A stretch of DNA of 64,000 nt from a virus (lineage: Duplodnaviria; Caudoviricetes), in IMG/VR virus record IMGVR_UViG_3300037478_000646, positions 18,906-82,905 of that record. One strand, given 5' to 3'. Position 1 is the first letter of the stretch, and each line of letters opens with the position of its first letter. The notes under the pieces are model-generated. The model searched no databases. It saw nothing but the letters and a program-made list of their open reading frames with translations, and was not told the DNA's origin. The position numbers and the translations under genes are program-made. Of this stretch, positions 35,621 to 45,922 are shown piece by piece.

Positions 35621-38441
35621 CGACTTCCATGATCAGCCCGGAAAGCCCGGCCGCATAGCCAGGCTCGACCTGCAGGCAGACACGGCTGTCCGGACTCCAG
35701 CTGCCGGCGAAGTCGTTCAGCGTCTCTTCATAAGTGGCCGCGAATGCATTCAGCGGATCGATCCGCGAGAAATCCGACTTGGTTTGCGGCAGAGGGAACA
35801 GATCGTCGAATGACGGGCCCACCTTGATGCCGCGCAGATCCGTGTCCAGAAACGCCATGCCGACGCGCTGCACCGTCTTGGGCTGCGTCAGCGCCGTTCC
35901 GTTCGGAATGCCGAAGGCCAGCTTGGCGGATTTGTACTGGCCATAATAGGGGCGGCCGATGACCAGCGTGCCGGACATGGCATTGGTCAGCGAGATTGCG
36001 CCGGAGCTGACCGTATAGGTCGTGCCGTCCGGACCATAAGCGCCGCCGACAACCTGGCCGATGACGATGACGGCGCAGCCCTCCAGGTGATCCAGCCCGG
36101 TGATCGTCTGTCCGGCCGTGCTGGTCCCGGTTGCCGTAATGAAGCTGTCCGCCAGATACGGTCCGGCCGAGCGCGTGACCTTGCGCGTCGTCGTGTTAAA
36201 GGTACGCTGGATCACTTCGCGATGATGACGGAGCTTTTCGATATAGAAATAACCGGTATCGCCGCCGCCCTCGCCATCGCTCAGCGTGCGCTGGACGACA
36301 AAATACACGTCATCTTCGATCTGACCGGGCAACACGGTCACGGAGATGATCCGATCCGCGGCGACGGTTTCTTCAAGATTGGTGATATGGCCGCTGATCA
36401 TGCGGATCCAGCCGGCCACCTTCTCTTTGGGCTCGTAGATCAGGATGCAGCATACGCCGTCGTCGCGCACAGCCCAGACATAGGTTTCCGGCTGCCGCTG
36501 CACGGCCAGCTCGACAAAGCCGTCGTCATATGTGCCGGGCGCCGAGGACTCATAGAGCTGCTCATGCAGGCGCAGCAGGGACGAGGCGACATAATCCTGT
36601 ACCTCGACGTCATAATAGATCTCGCAAATGTCCTGGCCGGACAATTGCAGGAAGATGCCGCGCGTATCGACGCGGATCGGCGTTGCATTGAACGCGCCAT
36701 AGGTCGATGCGGCCTTGAGCGTCAGCGCGGTCGGAGTCAATGGCTCATCGAAGTTCGACGAGCGCGCCGAGGCTTCCGCGCCCTCCAGGCCGAGAATGAG
36801 CCGCTGTAGGGCCAGAAGCCACTGGATATCGGAAAACGTGCCGTCAATGGCGACGTTGCGCTGGATCGAGCCGCTATCGCCTTCAGTGTCCGTCGTGAAG
36901 GAATAGAACGAATCCGAGACCGACCCCCAGAACCGATCGTCACGGGCAAAGAACAATCGGCCGTCGAACTGCGCAATGGCCGTCGGGAAGCCGCGCAGAG
37001 GACTCCATTCGTCTTCAAGCCAGTCTGCCGTTGCGGCAACGTCCCTGAAATCGCTGAGCACTTCGGCGCTGACACTGGTCGCGCTCGAAAAGGCCGTCAC
37101 CCGGCAGATGCCGGTGCCGCCATCCTGATCATACTGGATATTGATGACGGCCACACCCGACGTATAGGCGTTCATGATCACGCGATAATAGACGATCGCA
37201 TTGTCATCATCTTCATCGATGCTGGTTGTGGTGTTCGTCGTGATGTCAGATCCGATGTCCTCGAACCCGGAAAACTCGCTGTCGAACGAGCGCTGGATAC
37301 GCAACGTACCGGACCACGTGCCTGATGTGATCACATCAAAATTACGGTCACTGTTGCCGGAATCTGGCTTGATCCCGACAACGCGAATGGTCTTCGTGTA
37401 CTCGCCCGCCGCCGCCAGGCGATAGGTGGCATTGACATTCTCATGCGTGAGCTTGAACAGCGCGCCGACATGCGATGAACTGAAGAAGCTGGCGGAAGCC
37501 GAGAGAGTGATATTGCCCTGTGTGGCTGATGGCGTCAGCTTGACATCGGCCGTCCGCGCCAGCGTGAACGGCCCATTGTTGGAATAGTAATCCACTACGG
37601 ACCAGGACCGCAGATCAGTCGTGCTGCTGCCGCGCCGCTCGATCTTGAATTGCCGGCTGCCGCGCATGGCGCAGAACACAACGTCCAGCGATTGCGAGTA
37701 CCGGATCGAGCGCAGGGTATCGAGATCCCAATCCGCATCGATTTCCATGACGCCGGCCGATTCAACCAGGCAGGAATTCACGACCACCTCATTGGGCGAT
37801 TGGGATTTGAACCAGACATGATAGGTTCCGGTTGGTGTGAACGCCAGCGAGTGAAAGCCCTCGCCAAGCGTCGTTTCCCTGATATAGCTGTCGCTGCCGG
37901 CGCTTGATCCGCAACGGAACAGCACTTCACCGCGCGTGACCTGAATGCGCAGTGCATGTTCCGTGCCCGCCGAAGACGTCGTGACCGCCTGCCGAATTAT
38001 GACCGAGCCGCCTTGAGCTGGTGCGTTGAGCGCAACGCCGGCGCCGAACGTCGCCGAGGCCCCGCCAACCTCTGTTACGGTCCAGCCGGTCGCCGAGGAC
38101 ATGTCGCCATTGGTAAGGGCGCTTGTGACTGCCGGACGCGTGACAGGCTCGTCGTCGACATAGACCCGCATCATGCCGTCGCCGCCACTATTCGTGCCAA
38201 GCTCCAGCAGTGCACGCGCATCAATCGAGCGCGCAAAGGGAATGAGCCGCGAGCGCGTGGAAATCGTGGCGCCGAGATATTGCGTGCCGGGCCGCATGAT
38301 CGCCTTGCCGATCACATACGGGAACAGGTTGATCTGCTCTTCCGCCGAGAGCTGGATCCGCTCCTTGTCGACCCGGTTCAGTGCGGCCGGAGAAACCTCA
38401 CCGGCATTGAACAGATGCGTCAGGACATCGACTTGCGGCAT
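35604..38441 (-). CDS. Tail tubular protein B / nozzle
   Basis: FNAGEVSP...KAIMRPGT N-terminus; GFPTAIAQFDGRLFF; 945 aa beta-rich. Confidence 0.85.
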   Translation of the reverse strand: MPQVDVLTHLFNAGEVSPAALNRVDKERIQLSAEEQINLFPYVIGKAIMRPGTQYLGATISTRSRLIPFARSIDARALLELGTNSGGDGMMRVYVDDEPVTRPAVTSALTNGDMSSATGWTVTEVGGASATFGAGVALNAPAQGGSVIIRQAVTTSSAGTEHALRIQVTRGEVLFRCGSSAGSDSYIRETTLGEGFHSLAFTPTGTYHVWFKSQSPNEVVVNSCLVESAGVMEIDADWDLDTLRSIRYSQSLDVVFCAMRGSRQFKIERRGSSTTDLRSWSVVDYYSNNGPFTLARTADVKLTPSATQGNITLSASASFFSSSHVGALFKLTHENVNATYRLAAAGEYTKTIRVVGIKPDSGNSDRNFDVITSGTWSGTLRIQRSFDSEFSGFEDIGSDITTNTTTSIDEDDDNAIVYYRVIMNAYTSGVAVINIQYDQDGGTGICRVTAFSSATSVSAEVLSDFRDVAATADWLEDEWSPLRGFPTAIAQFDGRLFFARDDRFWGSVSDSFYSFTTDTEGDSGSIQRNVAIDGTFSDIQWLLALQRLILGLEGAEASARSSNFDEPLTPTALTLKAASTYGAFNATPIRVDTRGIFLQLSGQDICEIYYDVEVQDYVASSLLRLHEQLYESSAPGTYDDGFVELAVQRQPETYVWAVRDDGVCCILIYEPKEKVAGWIRMISGHITNLEETVAADRIISVTVLPGQIEDDVYFVVQRTLSDGEGGGDTGYFYIEKLRHHREVIQRTFNTTTRKVTRSAGPYLADSFITATGTSTAGQTITGLDHLEGCAVIVIGQVVGGAYGPDGTTYTVSSGAISLTNAMSGTLVIGRPYYGQYKSAKLAFGIPNGTALTQPKTVQRVGMAFLDTDLRGIKVGPSFDDLFPLPQTKSDFSRIDPLNAFAATYEETLNDFAGSWSPDSRVCLQVEPGYAAGLSGLIMEVDANPQ

Positions 38442-38442
38442 G

Positions 38443-40194
38443 TCAGGCCCCCAGCCTTTCGACCATCAGCCCACGCGCCGTCAGTTCGGCGGCGGACGTG
38501 CTCCCCGTAGCCTGCCCCGTAACCTTGATTTCCAGCGTCGACCCCATCGTCTGCGTCGTATTGATCGCGGCCGTGATCGGATGCGTCGATCCTTGCGTGA
38601 ACAGGCCGCTGGCGCGCTGTGCCGCAGAACTGACGCGCGTGACCAGCGCTTCTGCGCGCCACGCCACATCGTTCATGACCAGATTGCTGCTATCGAGAAC
38701 CACTTGCGACCCGAAATACAGCCGCACACGCTTGCCGATTGTCGTTGCCGCGGCGACGCCCCATGCCTGAATGCGCACGGCATGCCCGGAGCTCGCAAGC
38801 TGTCCGGCCGGCAGGTTATGGCTGAGCAGATCATCTTCGCCGCCCGTTGAAGACGCCGTGGCCCCGTCACTCGGATAGACCGTTGCCCGCGACGCCGCCC
38901 GCGTCACGTTAAGGACGCGCCAGTTGCCGGAGCCCTCATGCTGCACGATGGCGCGGTCGCCGGCGAACATCTGAATGCTCTGCCCGCCAGGGATGATCAG
39001 CGATGTGCCGTTGTGCGTCAGCAGCAGCGATGAAGCAAAGCGCAGAAACTTCTTTGCGCCCGTCGGTGCGCTCGATCCGAATGACGTGATCGCCGTCGTG
39101 CCGGTGATCGAGATGGAATCCTGCCGCAGCGAGCCCAGGTTCGTCGTGGCCGCGGATGCCAGCGTCGTATCGCCAGAGACATTCGGATGCATGTCAGCCC
39201 GGAAATAGCCGATCACCCGCCACGTCTGGTCCGAATCGCGCCGCAGCAGCAGGATGTCATTAGCCAGCGTCGTGATCGCAATCCCGTCCGGTAGCCCGGT
39301 TCCGGCGCCGGTAATCCCGGCGATGCTGAGGCCGGCACTTTCGAAGCGGATGCACTTAATCGCGCCGATAGGCGTATTGGCGCCGCTGCCGAAACTGTTG
39401 ATCGTCGTCGTGCCGGTGATCTTATAGCACTGCTCGAATGTCTCGATCGTGCTGTTCTGATCCAGCTCCACCGTGCTTGCAGAAGCGATCGTGCGCTCCT
39501 GCGCAATGAGCGGATGACCGTCCTTGCGGAAATAGCCGATAACGCGAATGGCGCCGGCAACCGAGCGAATGATCATGATGTCGCCAGGGCGAGTCGTGAT
39601 CAAGCCGGTATCGGTATTACCGCCGCCCGGCAAATAATTTATCGAAGCAGCAAGCACCAGGCTGCTTTCGAAATGGAGAATTCTTGTGCGGTTGGTCGCC
39701 AGCGTAATCGAGTTGATCTGCGTCGTGCCGGTAACGGTAACGAAATCGCCGTCAACATTATTAAGGTTGACCGTGCCGGCCGAAGCAACAGTATTGTTCG
39801 CCGTGAACTTGTCGAGCAGCCACTGCCGGAAAGTCAGCGCGTCCACGCCAACGTCAGGCGGATCGTCCGACACAACCTCATAGGCATGCCCGCCGTTGAG
39901 AGTGCCGCCCTCGGCGACCCAGACCGGCGTGCCCTTGACCAGATCGGTGTTGCCGTCAAAATCCCTTGTGCGTGTCCAGGCCGACGATGCCTGCTCATAA
40001 ATGCCGTTCTGCTCGGAAGCCGTCTGATCCTTGACCAGCACACGCTTGTTTGCGCTGGTCGATGAAAAGCTGACTCCGTCGATCGTCATGAAGCCGCTGA
40101 GCGTTGGAATATCACCGGTCGAAGCGGCTGCGACCGGTTTCTTTGATCCGAACGTCGCGCGCGCGCCATCGAGCCGGTTGGTCGAGTCAACCAT
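38443..40194 (-). CDS. Tail fibre/spike protein with three internal repeats
   Basis: RVLVKDQT..EQNGIY N-terminal adaptor; repeats TxASA.TV.L...ITGTT.I.SF...GD.......W.RVIGYFR. Confidence 0.7.
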   Translation of the reverse strand: MVDSTNRLDGARATFGSKKPVAAASTGDIPTLSGFMTIDGVSFSSTSANKRVLVKDQTASEQNGIYEQASSAWTRTRDFDGNTDLVKGTPVWVAEGGTLNGGHAYEVVSDDPPDVGVDALTFRQWLLDKFTANNTVASAGTVNLNNVDGDFVTVTGTTQINSITLATNRTRILHFESSLVLAASINYLPGGGNTDTGLITTRPGDIMIIRSVAGAIRVIGYFRKDGHPLIAQERTIASASTVELDQNSTIETFEQCYKITGTTTINSFGSGANTPIGAIKCIRFESAGLSIAGITGAGTGLPDGIAITTLANDILLLRRDSDQTWRVIGYFRADMHPNVSGDTTLASAATTNLGSLRQDSISITGTTAITSFGSSAPTGAKKFLRFASSLLLTHNGTSLIIPGGQSIQMFAGDRAIVQHEGSGNWRVLNVTRAASRATVYPSDGATASSTGGEDDLLSHNLPAGQLASSGHAVRIQAWGVAAATTIGKRVRLYFGSQVVLDSSNLVMNDVAWRAEALVTRVSSAAQRASGLFTQGSTHPITAAINTTQTMGSTLEIKVTGQATGSTSAAELTARGLMVERLGA

Positions 40195-40222
40195 GGCCAG
40201 AATCCTTTGTTATCTCGAAAAA

Positions 40223-40861
40223 TCAGCTGTTGGGCGAGCGGCGCTGAGCGTTCAGGCCGCCATACGCACCGCGCCGCGCCGTCACGAGCAAGCTACGCTC
40301 GAACCGGGACGGCGCCTGATTGAAGGCGTCACGCGCCTTCGCCGTTCTGAGTTTCTTGTCGGCTTCATTGCGAAGCTCCTTTCGCTCATTCATGCTGAGC
40401 GAGCCGATGCTGCCGGATCCGCGAGCCGCCAGCTCGAGAGCAAAGGCACGCGCAAACGAGCCAGGCCATTTGCCGACATCACGGCCATAAGCCTGATCGT
40501 TCGACACATAGCCAAGATAGAGCGGATCGATCTCGGCCATGATGTAATCGTTCTCAAGCGAATAATTCTTGAGCGTATTCTGCAGCCATTCATCATCAGA
40601 AATCGCGATCGTTTTCACATAATCGTCGGGATATTCATAGGCGTAGCTCCAGCCGAAAACGGCCGTTGCCGTGTCGGACGGCTGCAGTTCTTCAACGCGC
40701 ATGGCGAAATTCCACAGCCCGGCCTCCAGCAGGTATTCTTCTACCGAAGGCCAGAGCAAATCGAGCCCGCGCCGCTCTGGCCGATCATCGCTCAGTGTCG
40801 CGATCGGCCGCGTCTTGAGCTCGAAAAGCGTATCGTTGTAAATCCGCAGCTTGTCCGCCAT
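40223..40861 (-). CDS. Tail tubular protein A / adaptor
   Basis: LWNFA...FGWSYAYEYPDDYV...WPGSFARAFALELA. Confidence 0.85.
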   Translation of the reverse strand: MADKLRIYNDTLFELKTRPIATLSDDRPERRGLDLLWPSVEEYLLEAGLWNFAMRVEELQPSDTATAVFGWSYAYEYPDDYVKTIAISDDEWLQNTLKNYSLENDYIMAEIDPLYLGYVSNDQAYGRDVGKWPGSFARAFALELAARGSGSIGSLSMNERKELRNEADKKLRTAKARDAFNQAPSRFERSLLVTARRGAYGGLNAQRRSPNS

Positions 40862-40886
40862 GGTGCCCGCCTATCTGATATGCCGT

Positions 40887-41459
40887 TCAGGCCGCGACCG
40901 GCTCGGAAACTTGCGTACCAGTACCCTCGCCGCCAGTCTTGTCGCCGCCAGAACCTTCAGGAATGAACATGTTCATCTCATTGAGGTATTTGTCCAGCTC
41001 GGCCTCGGCCTCGGCTTTTTCCATGCCGCGCTTGACTTCCTTGCCGTCAATCCCGATCAGGCGCCATTTGGTCTTCGGCGTATGATCGATGCGGATCATA
41101 TGCTTGCCGCTGATCTTGTTGACCGGAACCGGCTGCGGCTCCTTGGCCTTGGCCATCGCCGCCTGGCGCGCAGCCTCGGCAATGTCAATACCCCTCGGCA
41201 AACGCCCGCCGCGCAGCTCGACCGTCACCCCACCGCGACTGACATGCGAGACGGTCACATCGACATCGAACGATCTGTCGCTGGCGATCAGGCGGATGAT
41301 GTCATTGATCTTCAGCTTGCCCTTGTGATGCGCCCAGAACAGCGGATTGAAAATATCATCGAATTCCACGCCGGGCGGCAATGTCTCGACATAAGACGTA
41401 ATCTTGTAATCCGCGCAATCGGCACGGGTAAGCGCCTTGGCCGGCAGATATTTTGTCAT
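40887..41459 (-). CDS. Hypothetical protein
   Basis: In the morphogenesis operon with GGTT/AGG-type RBS context. Confidence 0.65.
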   Translation of the reverse strand: MTKYLPAKALTRADCADYKITSYVETLPPGVEFDDIFNPLFWAHHKGKLKINDIIRLIASDRSFDVDVTVSHVSRGGVTVELRGGRLPRGIDIAEAARQAAMAKAKEPQPVPVNKISGKHMIRIDHTPKTKWRLIGIDGKEVKRGMEKAEAEAELDKYLNEMNMFIPEGSGGDKTGGEGTGTQVSEPVAA

Positions 41460-41478
41460 GAGAACCCCTGTTTGATTT

Positions 41479-41509
41479 AAAAAAGACGGGCGGGGATTGT
41501 CCCCGCCCG
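41479..41509 (-). terminator. Rho-independent terminator after the capsid genes
   Basis: 10-bp stem CGGGCGGGGA-TTG-TCCCCGCCCG; T-run follows on the minus strand. Confidence 0.8.
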
Positions 41510-41515
41510 CATCCG

Positions 41516-41818
41516 TTACGAAGACGAACTGCCGATGACAGTCGCCGAAGCGCCATTCGTGCTGACGGAAGACACCATCAGAGAATGAAACGCTTGAGGC
41601 ACGCCAGCCGTGGAGAGGCGGGCATAATTAATGACGTCCAAAGGACGCATGCCGCGTTTGTCTCCATCAGAAAAATATCCAGTGGCGATCACCGTCGCAA
41701 GCGCGTCAGTGTTCTGATACCCATAGATATTCATCGAGTGGAGGGTCGAGCTGACATTCGGCCCGCCTGCAACGCCAGGCGTCAACAGGTAGGCGCCATT
41801 CGATGTCGAGTACGCCAT
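41516..41818 (-). CDS. Capsid cement/decoration-like protein
   Basis: Small beta-rich protein right after the capsid gene; TDALATVIATGYFSDG. Confidence 0.55.
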   Translation of the reverse strand: MAYSTSNGAYLLTPGVAGGPNVSSTLHSMNIYGYQNTDALATVIATGYFSDGDKRGMRPLDVINYARLSTAGVPQAFHSLMVSSVSTNGASATVIGSSSS

Positions 41819-41833
41819 GATTATCGATCCTCC

Positions 41834-42673
41834 TTAACTGCCCACATACTCGCTGCCATCGTGATTCATCACGACAACGCCAGTATTCTGCAGCAGCGCC
41901 GCATTGTGGTAGATGGTTGCGCGAGACCAGCTGATATCCTGCTTCTCATCGTAACCGGCGCGCGCATCCATCTCTTTCGAGTTGGCAGCGTGACCGATCG
42001 AGTTGCGATGCAGCATATAGCATTTCTCGGCGTTGGTTCCCTTGGCCGGAAGGTTCGGATGAACCATCCAGTTCACGCTCGCCCAATTCCGCATTCTGCG
42101 GGTGCGCCCGGTGAATGCCTTCACGTCCACGTAATCCGCAGACGAGAACTCAGGGATCTGCATCAGGTATGCCTCGAAAGCAGGCGAGATGATGCCGAAC
42201 ATGCTGTCGGCTTCCCAGATCGGGACTTCCGCATTGCCAAGAATGGTGCGCGCCTTCATGACCAGATCCAGGTTGGCCTTGACAGCCGTTCCGGTATCCA
42301 CAGTCGCCGTGTCCAGCTCTTCCAGAATCACCTGATCGATGTCCTGGTTGATGATGGTCACAGACGCCTTCTGCATGATCTTGCGCTGATCGCCCTGCGA
42401 AGCGAAAATATTGAAATTGGTTCGCTCGAAAGGCCCGTGCGTTTCCTTGAGCGTGCAAGTGAACTGCTCGTTGGAAACGGTATAGAACGGAATGAGACCG
42501 TTGACCCCACGTGTTACGGCCGTGGCGCTGCCGGCACCAGAAACAAGGAACGTAGCAATGTTGCCCTTGATCATGGTTTCCTGCACGCAACAGACGCGGA
42601 GCATGGAATAATCCTGCTCGAACAGGTCGACGGTTTCCTCCCGGTACATTGTCATGAATGCCAAATCGGTCAT
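41834..42673 (-). CDS. Major capsid protein
   Basis: Follows scaffold, precedes terminator; YREETVDLFEQ...ARGVNGLIP-like TRGVNGLIP; 279 aa, strong GGAGG RBS. Confidence 0.8.
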   Translation of the reverse strand: MTDLAFMTMYREETVDLFEQDYSMLRVCCVQETMIKGNIATFLVSGAGSATAVTRGVNGLIPFYTVSNEQFTCTLKETHGPFERTNFNIFASQGDQRKIMQKASVTIINQDIDQVILEELDTATVDTGTAVKANLDLVMKARTILGNAEVPIWEADSMFGIISPAFEAYLMQIPEFSSADYVDVKAFTGRTRRMRNWASVNWMVHPNLPAKGTNAEKCYMLHRNSIGHAANSKEMDARAGYDEKQDISWSRATIYHNAALLQNTGVVVMNHDGSEYVGS

Positions 42674-42949
42674 TTCATGTACCTCCAGAAGAATTGTCAG
42701 ATTGAAGTTCGAGCCGCTGGAAAAGGGTGGCCGGATCGATCAGCCAGGCGCAGGGTATCCCGATCTGACGATCAGGGGCTGCAGAGGCTTGAATGTTCCG
42801 GAGCTATCCATAGGCAGTGAATGCCGGGGCATCGGGGCTGCAAAGGCAGGGTGTCCGAGCCAGTTCGGCTACGTCACAAAGTGACAAACGTTCGCCGCAT
42901 CGAACATTTTCAGATGTGCGGCACGACGAACAATGAATGACGTGGAAAA

Positions 42950-44212
42950 TTACTTGCGATACCGGTTTTCCCGGCGTTCTTCTTCCTGCTTAATTTCCAA
43001 CAGACGATCAGCAGGGCTCTTTCCGGTCTTCGAATCAACGCGGTAATAGGCGTCATTATCTTCCTTGCGCAGCTTCTCGATCTCAGCCTTCTCATTGTTG
43101 AGGCTGACTTTCTGATCCGGTGTGACATAACCGCCATCGCCGTAGATCGAGCGGGCCATCTCGCCCATGCCTTCCATGAACTGCGGCATGTTGCTGAACA
43201 AACGCCAGCGCTTCGTCTCAGGATCGTAAAAACGTGCGCTGGTCAGAATGCGCCGGCCTTCCTCGCCAAAGGCATCATCCATCAAACGTGAGATAATTTT
43301 CATCTGCGGCTTGAACTCGGATACGCCAACCTGTAAGCGAACATGATCCTCGACAGCTTCGCGATCCGCAGCATCGCCAGAGGCCATGGTTTCTTCCATC
43401 GCCTCTTCTTCCTGCTTGGACTGGCGCACATGCCAGCTTACAAGTTCGTTTACGGCCGGCTGGGACAGGCCAAGACCGAAAGCCGTTTCCCGGAACTCAC
43501 CAAGCAGCCCGTCGTCATCCTTCTTCCATTCATGACCGGGCACATTCGGAATCGTATATTCATCGGCGGCCGCAGGCAGACCCAGCTCCTTACGCCGCTC
43601 GGCCTTCTCTTCATCAGGGGCGTCGACCGGGAACAATTCCTTGTGCGCACCCTCGGAAAGCTTCTGCTTCGCCGCCAGCCCGGCAATGATCGCCTCTTCC
43701 GGCGATTTCATGCGCTTGAGCTGATTCATGATGGCCGTGCGCTGCTTCTTCAGCTTCGAGGCCGTCATCGTCTCTTCAAGCTTGGCCGTGATCTTGTCGA
43801 CAATCGCCAGCCGCCAATCGTCATCGCCAGACTTTTCATCCTTCTTGTCATCAGTGTCTGCATCATCGCCATCGCCCGATGCATCATCAGCTTTCTTGCC
43901 GGACGGTTTCTTGTCGTCGACCGACGCATCATCATCGCCGTCATCAGCATCAAACACCGATCCGCCGATTGGTTTCTTGCTCTTCTTGCCATCATCGGCA
44001 GCAGCCTTGCCGCCCTTCTGATCATCAGCCGGATCAGCCCTGCCCTTGTCTGCAAGCGGCGCGTCAGCAGGCTTGCCGCCGCTCTCGTCAGCGCCCTTGT
44101 CGTTTGCCGACGCATTGCCGCCATCGGTATCGCTGTTGTCAGCATCAGCATCGCTTGTATCGATCGTGGCGAGATCGTCAGCCGTGATTGGCGTCTTGTC
44201 TTCGGGTGGCAT
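42950..44212 (-). CDS. Scaffolding protein
   Basis: Very acidic low-complexity N-terminus; DWR..., RKELGLP....EY, helical C-terminus. Confidence 0.75.
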   Translation of the reverse strand: MPPEDKTPITADDLATIDTSDADADNSDTDGGNASANDKGADESGGKPADAPLADKGRADPADDQKGGKAAADDGKKSKKPIGGSVFDADDGDDDASVDDKKPSGKKADDASGDGDDADTDDKKDEKSGDDDWRLAIVDKITAKLEETMTASKLKKQRTAIMNQLKRMKSPEEAIIAGLAAKQKLSEGAHKELFPVDAPDEEKAERRKELGLPAAADEYTIPNVPGHEWKKDDDGLLGEFRETAFGLGLSQPAVNELVSWHVRQSKQEEEAMEETMASGDAADREAVEDHVRLQVGVSEFKPQMKIISRLMDDAFGEEGRRILTSARFYDPETKRWRLFSNMPQFMEGMGEMARSIYGDGGYVTPDQKVSLNNEKAEIEKLRKEDNDAYYRVDSKTGKSPADRLLEIKQEEERRENRYRK

Positions 44213-44400
44213 TATTTCGCGCCTCCCGCCGCCTTATCGAGACCTTCCTTCATCTTCCTGGCCTTGGCCTGCATGGCCTTCTTACGCGCCGGATCGGTCA
44301 TGATCTTGTTGTACTGGACCACAGTGCTGACATCCATTTCGGCCTGCCATTCTTTTTCATCAACCGACATGCGCGGCTTTACAGATGCTGCCATCGTCAA
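44212..44400 (-). CDS. Small hypothetical protein
   Basis: Coupled to both neighbours. Confidence 0.55.
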   Translation of the reverse strand: MTMAASVKPRMSVDEKEWQAEMDVSTVVQYNKIMTDPARKKAMQAKARKMKEGLDKAAGGAK

Positions 44401-44756
44401 TTCCCCTTTTCCTTTGATTTGAAATGCGGATGCTTGAACCGAGATTCAGGCTGCGGCTTCAGCATCACTTCGGGCCGGAGCAGCTTGCGGATCATCATGC
44501 CGACAAAACGCCTGCCCTCGGCGAACACCGTCTCGCGCTCGCCGCCCTCGTCATCCGGGCGAAAGGACAGATCGGAAAACTCATCGGTACCGCCCGAGAC
44601 GTACATCAAATAGCGCCAGAACAGTTGCTGCTGCCCCTTGTTGGCCGTGCCCTCATGAACGGCCCGGACCGCATAGATGACGGTCTCGTCATACCAGGGC
44701 GGCAGCCAAGGGCGCTCCCGCGGATACCACGGGAGTGGTTCTTTCCATTTCGACAT
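44397..44756 (-). CDS. Bbp19-like head-module protein
   Basis: DLSFRP....ERETVFAEGRRFVGMMI. Confidence 0.7.
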   Translation of the reverse strand: MSKWKEPLPWYPRERPWLPPWYDETVIYAVRAVHEGTANKGQQQLFWRYLMYVSGGTDEFSDLSFRPDDEGGERETVFAEGRRFVGMMIRKLLRPEVMLKPQPESRFKHPHFKSKEKGN

Positions 44757-44781
44757 GATTTCCCCGAAATTATGCGTGAAA

Positions 44782-45555
44782 TTATGCGGCGAGCGCCAGA
44801 ATGGCGAGCAGCGCCTCTTCCTCTTCGGCCGCAGCAAGCTCTTCCGGATCCTGAAGATTGATAATCTTGCTATAATCGATCCGCTCCGGCGCTTCCCGTT
44901 TCGGCTTGGCCTCTTCCGGCCATTTGCCGACCTTGATGACCTTGATCTGGCGCGGCTTACGCTGGCGTACGCGCGTCTTGTGCGGCTTGTGCCAGGCACT
45001 GGCCTCGGCGCGCATACCGGAGCCGCCGATCGCAAGCGGCTGACGATCCGGAACGTCAAAATCACCAACAGCATCGGCACTGGCGCTGCCCTCAGACAGA
45101 CCGGCGCCATCAGCCAGGCTCTCGCCAACGGCCACAGGATCAGCCTGTCCCTGTGACAAGGCATCCCCATCGGCAAATATTTCAATCGCACCGACCGCTT
45201 CAGGATTGGCAGAGCCCTCACTCAGGCCAGCACCATCTGCAAAGCTTTCACCAGACGCTTCAGGATTGGCAGAGCCTGATGACAGCGCGTCGCCATCTTG
45301 GAAATTCGCCGTAGCTCCGACTGCCTCTGGATTGGCGCGGCCTTCCGTTAGCGCATCGGCATCATGAAGGGCAGAGCCGACAGCCTCTGGAACGGCCGAT
45401 CCGGATGCCAGGCCAGCCCCGTCAGCAAAACTCTCACCGACCGCCTCCGGAGCGGCCCGCCCCTGCGAAAGGGCATCAGCATCCTCTGCCCCGCCGCCTG
45501 CATCCGCCTGTTGCTGCGCACCCCCAGGAAGTAGCGGCTGATAAAGCCAGCTCAT
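44782..45555 (-). CDS. Hypothetical protein with ~19-21 aa tandem repeats
   Basis: About seven repeats of DG(A/D)xL(S/A)xG(R/S)AxPEAVGESFA. Confidence 0.65.
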   Translation of the reverse strand: MSWLYQPLLPGGAQQQADAGGGAEDADALSQGRAAPEAVGESFADGAGLASGSAVPEAVGSALHDADALTEGRANPEAVGATANFQDGDALSSGSANPEASGESFADGAGLSEGSANPEAVGAIEIFADGDALSQGQADPVAVGESLADGAGLSEGSASADAVGDFDVPDRQPLAIGGSGMRAEASAWHKPHKTRVRQRKPRQIKVIKVGKWPEEAKPKREAPERIDYSKIINLQDPEELAAAEEEEALLAILALAA

Positions 45556-45921
45556 CTATCCGACCGATGCAATCCGGAACGGAATGACGCGATTCACCGC
45601 ACCCGTCGTGGCTTTGGTCAGCGTCATGTCCCACCCCACACCTAGAATCAGCGATGGCCCGGCCCAGACCGGTGACGCCTGCGCATTAGCGAAATGAGCG
45701 TTGTACATCTCGCGTTGTGTCCCGCCAGACGTCGACACGGTTTCGTAGGCGCGGAATATAAAATCATCACCGCTCGTCAACGCATTGAGATCGAGAAACG
45801 GCTGAAATATTCCGGCCGATGTGCTACTGCCAACGCCCGTCGACGAATTCTGCGTCATTGAATGTTCGGCCGTCGAGATCGTCGATGCGGCGCCGCTGAA
45901 AGCTGAAATGTTTATGGTCAT
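45556..45921 (-). CDS. Putative virion protein
   Basis: Ser/Thr/Gly-rich beta protein in the structural operon. Confidence 0.6.
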   Translation of the reverse strand: MTINISAFSGAASTISTAEHSMTQNSSTGVGSSTSAGIFQPFLDLNALTSGDDFIFRAYETVSTSGGTQREMYNAHFANAQASPVWAGPSLILGVGWDMTLTKATTGAVNRVIPFRIASVG

Positions 45922-45922
45922 G

